The translations under genes were made by a program, and so were the position numbers. The notes beneath the pieces are model-generated. The model was given only the letters and a program-made list of their open reading frames with translations, made no database searches and was not told where the DNA came from. Shown piece after piece: positions 24,649 to 64,000 of a DNA stretch of 64,000 nucleotides. The stretch covers positions 30,876,001 to 30,940,000 of the forward strand of contig CATNEN010000038.1 of assembly GCA_950097015.1 (NCBI GenBank). The letters run 5' to 3'. Source of the DNA: Macrostomum hystrix (taxonomy: Eukaryota; Animalia; Platyhelminthes). Positions within the stretch are counted from its first letter, which is position 1; each line of letters starts with the position of its first letter.

Positions 24649-25019
24649 GCCGAAGGTCAGAATTTTCTCATAAGAGCTAGTGTATTTCATACACCCCTAT
24701 TCACGATTTAGCACTGCGCCTCAGTGCTGCCTTGCCAGGCCTTCAAAATTAATCAGCATGTCACCCGAATGTGCCTGCATCATCTCCGTCTACGGTGGTC
24801 ACCTACCTTTATCTAGAAGGACTTGCTGGACCTTCAAGGGCTACAACAGGTGGAACTATAGGCCACTATGGACACCCTGACGCGACTTTTTCCGATTTCA
24901 CTGATCAAGCTAAAATATTAGGCGCGGCTCAACCACAGGACACCATCGCCTAGTCTGTCAACCAATCAGTCACCGCCCAGCGCTGTTAGCATTCGGGAGC
25001 TGTCTTGGTAGTCCTACTG
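24649..25019. mobile_element. TTAA-type DNA transposon, truncated copy 3
   Basis: Matches 6832-7242; ends TTGGTAGTCCTACTG|TTAA; left end missing. Confidence 0.78.
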
Positions 25020-25155
25020 TTAATCAAGCCTAAATAGCATGAAAAAATATAAAGAAAAATGAAATACAATATTGTGAAGTATAGAATAATACCCCCCTGA
25101 TTTCGTTGCTTTGGCCATAGCTATTATAGTATTTAATCCTAAAGCTTGGCCCGGC

Positions 25156-25254
25156 CAAGGACTTCTATATAATAGCATCTATATAGATGCTATATAGATG
25201 CTATATAGATGCTATAGATGCTATATAATAGATGCTATTATATAGAAGTCCTTG
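25156..25254. mobile_element. P-element-like MITE (99 bp) with 7-bp TSD
   Basis: TIR CAAGGACTTCTATATAATAGCATCTAT and its reverse complement; TSD GCCCGGC at 25149-25155 and 25255-25261. CANRG termini with 7-8 bp TSD fit the P superfamily. Confidence 0.7.
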
Positions 25255-25705
25255 GCCCGGCTCACGAGATTGCACTACTAAAACTGTTTACAGCAACTGT
25301 GACCATAGACTATATGTTTAATCGGCCGTTAAATGACTGGCTTAGGCCAGATAAATAATAAATACATATACTTAATAGCCAATAGGCCGGGCCATGCCGG
25401 GGATTAAATGAACTCGCATTGATCCTTTATATTTAGCAGTCCATTATGTGATCATGTAGGCTAAGTATAAACAGCATGATTGGATTCATAGAAATGTGAA
25501 AATCGACGATATTTATTTGGTATCGCAACAAGAGTAAACAACAAACAAATGCCATTCAGACAATAACAAAGCTATTTATTTCTGTTCAATTTATCGTAGT
25601 AGATGCTCAATACGCATGCTAGTAAAAAATAGCATGCTCAAAATAAACAAGCCAAACAATGATATTTAACGAGAAACAAGTGAATTGTCAGGCCGAGTTC
25701 TAGTT

Positions 25706-56376
<30,671 letters not shown>

Positions 56377-56674
56377 GCTAGACAAAGGTTAGACGAATGA
56401 GCTAGCTGGCTGTTACAAACAATAGTTGTGCTTTTTCTCACAACTCTACTATGAGTAGAGTGTTTAGCTTATTTTTTAAAATAGTTTTTCCTGCATTTCG
56501 TCACTGGAAAAATAGCAAAGATACCCAAAAAAAGAATAAAACTAGTTTAATGATTTTTATTACAAACAAGTCGCCATTATATTATCCGGCCAAATACCAC
56601 AATTTTTTATCGAAATAGAAAATTTACGATTTTTATATCACCGAATCGAAATTAACGAATAAAGTCTGAATAAA

Positions 56675-57200
56675 ATGAAATTAACGATTTGAATTTAATT
56701 CCAGCAAAAATGACGATTTGAATCGAACAAATGAAATTAACGATTTGAATCTAATCCAATTGAAATTAACGATTTGAATCTAATCCAATTGAAATTAACG
56801 ATTTGAATCTAATCCAATTGAAATTAACGATTTGAATCTCATCCAATTGAAATTAACGATTTGAATCTCATCCAATTAAAATTAACGATTTTAATATAAT
56901 CCAATTGCAATTATCGATTTGAATCTAATCCAATTGAAATTAACGATTTGCATCTAATCCAATTAAAATTAACGATTTGAATCTAATCCAATTGAAATTA
57001 ACGATTTGAATATGATCCAATTGAAATTAACGATTTGAATCTAATTCAATTGAAATTAACGATTTGAATCCAATTGAAATTATCGATTTTAATATAATCC
57101 AATTGAAATTAACGATTTGAATCTAATTCAATTGAAACTAACGATTTGAATCTAATTCCACCAAAATTTACGATTTGAATCTAATCCAATCAAAATTACT
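56675..57200. repeat. 29-bp AT-rich minisatellite AATTGAAATTAACGATTTGAATCTAATCC
   Basis: Tandem periodicity. Confidence 0.92.
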
Positions 57201-57847
57201 GATTGTAATTCCAATCTATTTACAGTCAATAGTTCCATTTCTAATATAATCTAAACAATGTGCAAAATCCCAACCTAACTGAAGTTCCTGGTACTAATTA
57301 CTAGTCTAAATAATCCTAATCTTTATAAATCTATAAAAAACAACTAAAAAGCATAAGATCCAAATAATTTTTTCTGCTTCATATTCTGCTGGATGTTTGC
57401 GATTCGGGAACCCTCTGCAGCGGGCACCAGTAGTATTGGTTGCCATGCGACATAGCAACGAAATTAGCCTTATACGAGACTTCACAGAGCTACGATAAAA
57501 AATCACACAAATCCCTTGAGTCTATTTATAAGCGGGTGTGTGGCTCAACGCCAATTCACAGTGCTTTTACAACTACTCCAGTCTACTTTGAGCACAGCTG
57601 AGTCGAATGCTCAATCTGATGAGGTTGGGAGTCTGGGCGAGATGGAAGGACTGAGCGAAATTTTATCAAACTCTTGGCAGGCAAATCAGCAGTCAGAGTT
57701 GAATATCTTATAAGCAGGCCTAATCAGGTCTTAGCTTGTATCTAGGCTCAAGAGCCTTGGTTGGCGAAATTGTGCTTTTTTACGCCTAAGATTATTACGA
57801 ACTATAAACTAGCACAATCTGTTTGATTCAAACGAACGGAGAGCGTA

Positions 57848-60800
57848 AGCAGATAGGAGACTGGAAGCAGATAGGAGACTGGAAGCAGATGTGACAGTGG
57901 AAGAAGATTGGACAGTGGAAGCAGATTGTACAGTGGAAGTAGATGGGACAGTGGAAGCAGATTGGACAGTGGAAGCAGATTGGACAGTGGAAGCAGATTG
58001 GACAGTGGAAGCAGATTGGACAGTGGAAGTAGATGGGACAGTGGAAGCAGATAGGAGACTGGAAGCAGATGTGACAGTGGAAGCAGATTGGACAGTGGAA
58101 GCAGATTGTACAGTGGAAGCAGATTGGACAGTGGAAGCAGATGTGACAGTGGAAGCAGATGTGACAGTGGAAGCAGATGGGACAGTGGAAGTAGATGGGA
58201 CAGTGGAAGCAGATAGGAGACTGGAAGCAGATGGGACAGTGGAAGCAGATCTGACAGTGGAAGCAGATTGGACAGTGGAAGCAGATGGGACAGTGGAAGC
58301 AGATAGGAGAGTGAAAGCAGATGGGACAGTGGAAGCAGATGTGACAGTGGAAGCAGATTGGACAGTGGAAGCAGATTGGACAGTGGAAGCAGATTGGACA
58401 GTGGAAGCAGATTGGACAGTGGAAGTAGATGGGACAGTGGAAGCAGATAGGAGACTGGAAGCAGATGTGACAGTGGAAGCAGATTGGACAGTGGAAGCAG
58501 ATTGTACAGTGGAAGCAGATTGGACAGTGGAAGCAGATTGGACAGTGGAAGCAGATGTGACAGTGGAAGCAGATTGGACAGTGGAAGCAGATGTGACAGT
58601 GGAAGCAGATTGGACAGTGGAAGTAGATGGGACAGTGGAAGCAGATTGGACAGTGGAAGCAGATTGGGCAGTGGAAGCAGATTGGACAGTGGAAGCAGAT
58701 GTGACAGTGGAAGCAGATTGGACAGTGGAAGCAGATGTGACAGTGGAAGCAGATGTGACAGTGGAAGCAGATTGGACAGTGGAAGCAGATGTGACAGTGG
58801 AAGCAGATTGGACAGTGGAAGCAGATGTGACAGTGGAAGCAGATTGGACAGTGGAAGCAGATGTGACAGTGGAAGCAGATTGGACAGTGGAAGCAGATGT
58901 GACAGTGGAAGCAGATTGGACAGTGGAAGCAGATGTGACAGTGGAAGCAGATTGGACAGTGGAAGCAGATTGGACAGTGGAAGCAGATTGGACAGTGGAA
59001 GCAGATGTGACAGTGGAAGCAGATTGGACAGTGGAAGCAGATGTGACAGTGGAAGCAGATGTGACAGTGGAAGCAGATGTGACAGTGGAAGCAGATTGGA
59101 CAGTGGAAGCAGATTGGACAGTGGAAGCAGATGTGACAGTGGAAGCAGATTGGGCAGTGGAAGCAGATGTGACAGTGGAAGCAGATGTGACAGTGGAAGC
59201 AGATTGGACAGTGGAAGCAGATGTGACAGTGGAAGCAGATTGGACAGTGGAAGCAGATGTGACAGTGGAAGCAGATTGGACGGTGGAAGTAGATGGGACA
59301 GTGGAAGCAGATTGGACAGTGGAAGCAGATTGGACAGTGGAAGCAGATGTGACAGTGGAAGCAGATTGGACAGTGGAAGCAGATGTGTCAGTGGAAGCAG
59401 ATTGGACAGTGGAAGCAGATTGGACAGTGGAAGCAGATGTGACAGTGGAAGCAGATGTGACAGTGGAAGCAGATTGGACAGTGGAAGTAGATGGGACAGT
59501 GGAAGCAGATTGGACAGTGGAAGCAGATTGGACAGTGGAAGCAGATTGGACAGTGGAAGCAGATTGGACAGTGGAAGCAGATTGGACAGTGGAAGCAGAT
59601 TGGACAGTGGAAGCAGATGTGACAGTGGAAGCAGATTGGGCAGTGGAAGCAGATGTGACAGTGGAAGCAGATGTGACAGTGGAAGCAGATGTGACAGTGG
59701 AAGCAGATTGGACAGTGGAAGCAGATGTGACAGTGGAAGCAGATTGGACAGTGGAAGCAGATGTGACAGTGGAAGTAGATGGGACAGTGGAAGTAGATGG
59801 GACAGTGGAAGCAGATTGTACAGTGGAAGCAGATTGGACAGTGGAAGCAGATGGGACAGTGGAAGCAGATGGGACAGTGGAAGCAGATGGGACAGTGGAA
59901 GCAGATTGGACAGTGGAAGCAGATTGGACAGTGGAAGCAGATGTGACAGTGGAAGTAGATGGGACAGTGGAAGCAGATGGTCAATATCTTGAATCTGTCA
60001 ATATCCTGAATCAGTCTATATCTTGAATCTGTCGATATCTTGAATCTGTCATATTCAGATGTGACAGTGGAAGCAGATTGGACACTGGAAGCAGATGTGA
60101 CAGTGGAAGTAGATGGGACAGTGGAAGCAGATAGGAGACTGGAAGCAGATGGGACAGTGGAAGCAGATCTGACAGTGGAAGCAGATTGGACAGTGGAAGC
60201 AGATGGGACAGTGGAAGCAGATAGGAGAGTGAAAGCAGATGGGACAGTGGAAGCAGATGTGACAGTGGAAGCAGATTGGACAGTGGAAGCAGATTGGACA
60301 GTGGAAGCAGATTGGACAGTGGAAGCAGATTGGACAGTGGAAGTAGATGGGACAGTGGAAGCAGATAGGAGACTGGAAGCAGATGTGACAGTGGAAGCAG
60401 ATTGGACAGTGGAAGCAGATTGTACAGTGGAAGCAGATTGGACAGTGGAAGCAGATTGGACAGTGGAAGCAGATGTGACAGTGGAAGCAGATTGGACAGT
60501 GGAAGCAGATGTGACAGTGGAAGCAGATTGGACAGTGGAAGTAGATGGGACAGTGGAAGCAGATTGGACAGTGGAAGCAGATTGGACAGTGGAAGCAGAT
60601 GTGACAGTGGAAGCAGATGTGACAGTGGAAGCAGATGTGACAGTGGAAGCAGATTGGACAGTGGAAGCAGATGTGACAGTGGAAGCAGATTGGACAGTGG
60701 AAGCAGATTGGACAGTGGAAGCAGATTGGACAGTGGAAGCAGATGTGACAGTGGAAGCAGATTGGACAGTGGAAGCAGATGTGACAGTGGAAGCAGATTG

Positions 60801-62160
60801 GACAGTGGAAGCAGATGTGACAGTGGAAGCAGATTGGACAGTGGAAGCAGATTGGACAGTGGAAGCAGATTGGACAGTGGAAGCAGATGTGACAGTGGAA
60901 GCAGATTGGACAGTGGAAGCAGATGTGACAGTGGAAGCAGATGTGACAGTGGAAGCAGATGTGACAGTGGAAGCAGATTGGACAGTGGAAGCAGATTGGA
61001 CAGTGGAAGCAGATGTGACAGTGGAAGCAGATTGGGCAGTGGAAGCAGATGTGACAGTGGAAGCAGATGTGACAGTGGAAGCAGATTGGACAGTGGAAGC
61101 AGATGTGACAGTGGAAGCAGATTGGACAGTGGAAGCAGATGTGACAGTGGAAGCAGATTGGACGGTGGAAGTAGATGGGACAGTGGAAGCAGATTGGACA
61201 GTGGAAGCAGATTGGACAGTGGAAGCAGATGTGACAGTGGAAGCAGATTGGACGGTGGAAGTAGATGGGACAGTGGAAGCAGATTGGACAGTGGAAGCAG
61301 ATTGGACAGTGGAAGCAGATGTGACAGTGGAAGCAGATTGGACAGTGGAAGCAGATGTGACAGTGGAAGCAGATTGGACAGTGGAAGCAGATGTGACAGT
61401 GGAAGCAGATTGGACAGTGGAAGTAGATGGGACAGTGGAAGCAGATTGGACAGTGGAAGCAGATTGGACAGTGGAAGCAGATTGGACAGTGGAAGCAGAT
61501 TGGACAGTGGAAGCAGATGTGACAGTGGAAGCAGATTGGGCAGTGGAAGCAGATGTGACAGTGGAAGCAGATGTGACAGTGGAAGCAGATGTGACAGTGG
61601 AAGCAGATTGGACAGTGGAAGCAGATGTGACAGTGGAAGCAGATTGGACAGTGGAAGCAGATGTGACAGTGGAAGTAGATGGGACAGTGGAAGTAGATGG
61701 GACAGTGGAAGCAGATTGTACAGTGGAAGCAGATTGGACAGTGGAAGCAGATGGGACAGTGGAAGCAGATGGGACAGTGGAAGCAGATGGGACAGTGGAA
61801 GCAGATTGGACAGTGGAAGCAGATTGGACAGTGGAAGCAGATGTGACAGTGGAAGTAGATGGGACAGTGGAAGCAGATGGTCAATATCTTGAATCTGTCA
61901 ATATCCTGAATCAGTCTATATCTTGAATCTGTCGATATCTTGAATCTGTCATATTCAGATGTGACAGTGGAAGCAGATTGGACACTGGAAGCAGATGTGA
62001 CAGTGGAAGTAGATGGGACAGTGGAAGCAGATGGTCAATATCTTGAATCTGTCAATATCCTGAATCAGTCTATATCTTGAATCAGTCTATATCTTGAATC
62101 TGTCGATATTCTGAATCCGTAGACACTCTGAATCTGTGAATATCTTGAATCTGCTGATAT
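57848..62160. repeat. 18-bp minisatellite GACAGTGGAAGCAGATTG (>200 copies) organised as a ~1.9-kb higher-order duplication
   Basis: Spacer block TCAATATCTTGAATCTG... recurs at 59981, 61881 and 62035. Confidence 0.97.
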
Positions 62161-62609
62161 TCTTAGTCTGGTAAATCTGAGATTCATAATATATTAATAC
62201 CAATGAATGCAAGTGCAAACTGTAGGTATACCATCAATATTGCCTAGCTTAGACAGACCCGCTGCTGTACACTAGCGCGCTACCGACTGTCTGTGTTGAT
62301 GAATTAGCCACAGCCTTGCTGTCAGATACAGTGGCGAATGGGTGAGTAAAGAGTGAGTATAGCTTAGACTGCTCAAACAAAACAGCTCAAATAACAGTAT
62401 AAAAATACGACTCCAAACTTTACAGCACAGCAATGAACCACAGAAGGCAGTCGTTGGTACTCTATTTATAATAAGGAAATTCTATCTCTTGCAAATAGTA
62501 CTGTACATAGTAACATTTACTAAACCGCTTCGGCTAGCAATGAAAAGTGCATAATACTGATTTTTTAACGGACCTACAAATACTAGATTACACTATAATC
62601 TAGAAGAGA

Positions 62610-62917
62610 ATGGGAGGCTGGAAGAAGATGGGAGGCTGGAAGAAGATGGGAGGCTGGAAAAAGATGGGAGGCTGGAAGAAAATGGCAGGCTGGAAGAAGA
62701 TGGGAGGCTGGAAGAAGATGGGAGGCTGGAAGAAGATGGGAGAGAGGAGAAGATGGGAGGCTGGAAGAAGATGGGAGGCTGGAAGAAGATGGGAGGCTGG
62801 AAGAAGATGGGAGGCTGGAAGAAGATGGGAGGCTGGAAGAAGATGGGAGGCTGGAAGAAGATGGGAGGCTGGAAGAAGATGGGAGGCTGGAAGAAGATGG
62901 GAGGCTGGAAGAAGATG
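62610..62917. repeat. 18-bp minisatellite TGGGAGGCTGGAAGAAGA
   Basis: Tandem periodicity. Confidence 0.94.
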
Positions 62918-63607
62918 CAAGTGTATAGGCACATCGCGTGCCGGAGCTGGTGCTAAACACAAGTCTGTCTCTGCGGCCTCCATCCCCCTCTTCCTTGTGT
63001 GAGCACGAACTCATGGAATACATTATAAGGGCAAATCTATCGATTGGTTTAGATCGAGCTGCAAAGCTTTTCCGGCCGGGGGGGCGGTGGCGCAGGAGGC
63101 AGTTCTGGGAAGCGGTGGAATTAATTGAGACGCAACTTAAGCAGCTAGTGGAGTGAGAACAGTAGTTGGTGAGCACTACAGTAAGCGGAGGACAAAATAT
63201 GACCCCCCACCACTGGGCCAGTGGGCAGCTGTGGACGCCTTAGCTAAGGATTATCAATACCGTAATACTGCTGCAAAATTTCCACCAGTTAAGGCTTGGG
63301 GATTAGCAATAATAAGTTTAGCTGCGCAGCATGCCTAATTTTATCCCTTTAGATTATATCCCGTCGGCCTTAATTTTAGCATAGAGTCTAGCTATGCTCA
63401 ACACGTTAGCCATACCGGCTGTGAATAGTTGATTAAAAATGATACTTTAGTTAATCAACGACAAAGTTATAGCAAACACTAGCGGATATTTTTTTAATAA
63501 TACTAACTGGTAAATATTTTTAAGCCACAATAATTACACCAGATTAATATACTAGAATTCGCTAGATTTTCCTACTGGAATTTGATTAAACTAGGAAATA
63601 GTTAATT

Positions 63608-64000
63608 GAACTGGGATAAAACTGATCGGAACGGGATAAAACTGATCGAACTGGGATAGAACTGATCGGAATGGGATAAATCTGATCGAACTGGGATAGA
63701 ACTGATCGGAATGGGATAAAACTGATCGGACTCGGATAAAACTGATCGAACTAGGATAGAACTGATCGGAATGGGATAAAACTAATCGGACTGGGATAAA
63801 ACTGATCGAACTGGGATAAAACTGATGAGAATGGGATAAAACTGATCGGACTCGGATAAAACTGATCGAACTAGGATAGAACTGATCGGAATGGGATAAA
63901 ACTGATCGGACTGGGATAAAACTGATCGAACTGGGATAAAACTGATGAGAATGGGATAAAACTGATCGGATTGGGATAAAACTGATCGAACTGGGATAAA
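63608..64000. repeat. ~20-bp minisatellite CTGGGATAAAACTGATCGGA, runs off the window
   Basis: Tandem periodicity. Confidence 0.94.

Noticed and set aside
57891-61926. Long ORFs (TVEADW)n, (DSGSRL)n and (CFHCPI)n up to 711 aa
   Set aside because: An 18-bp stop-free unit opens several frames on both strands; no true ATG start, splice context or unique domain.
62938-63338. Short GC-richer ORFs near the window end
   Set aside because: No recognisable motif or consistent splice structure.

Overview
Eukaryotic (metazoan, invertebrate-like) genomic DNA with GT-AG introns and a very high density of minisatellites; the style suggests a flatworm such as Macrostomum, but that is inference only. Three spliced genes were reconstructed by hand, each with phase-consistent splice sites. 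(1) The 3' half of a divergent Slo1/BK Ca2+-activated K+ channel, + strand, 28-7726. (2) A complete 14-exon ABCB1/P-glycoprotein-type transporter, - strand, 20579-8743. (3) A cGMP-dependent protein kinase (PKG), - strand, 56376-25706, with two alternative leucine-zipper first exons resembling vertebrate PKG I-alpha and I-beta and a probable third internal start. Mobile DNA comprises CORE-type and other tRNA-derived SINEs, three copies of a TTAA-flanked non-autonomous DNA transposon, a P-like MITE nested in another TIR element, and a decayed APE-RT-RNaseH LINE interrupted by a solo LTR. Almost every large intron carries its own tandem array. Most notable: an antisense copy of an ABCB exon inside an intron of the same gene, the PKG first-exon architecture, and families of otherwise unrelated minisatellites sharing short cores (ACCTGTTAG, GTCACGTGAC, GTRAG). 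Most long ORFs in the supplied track are repeat artefacts.
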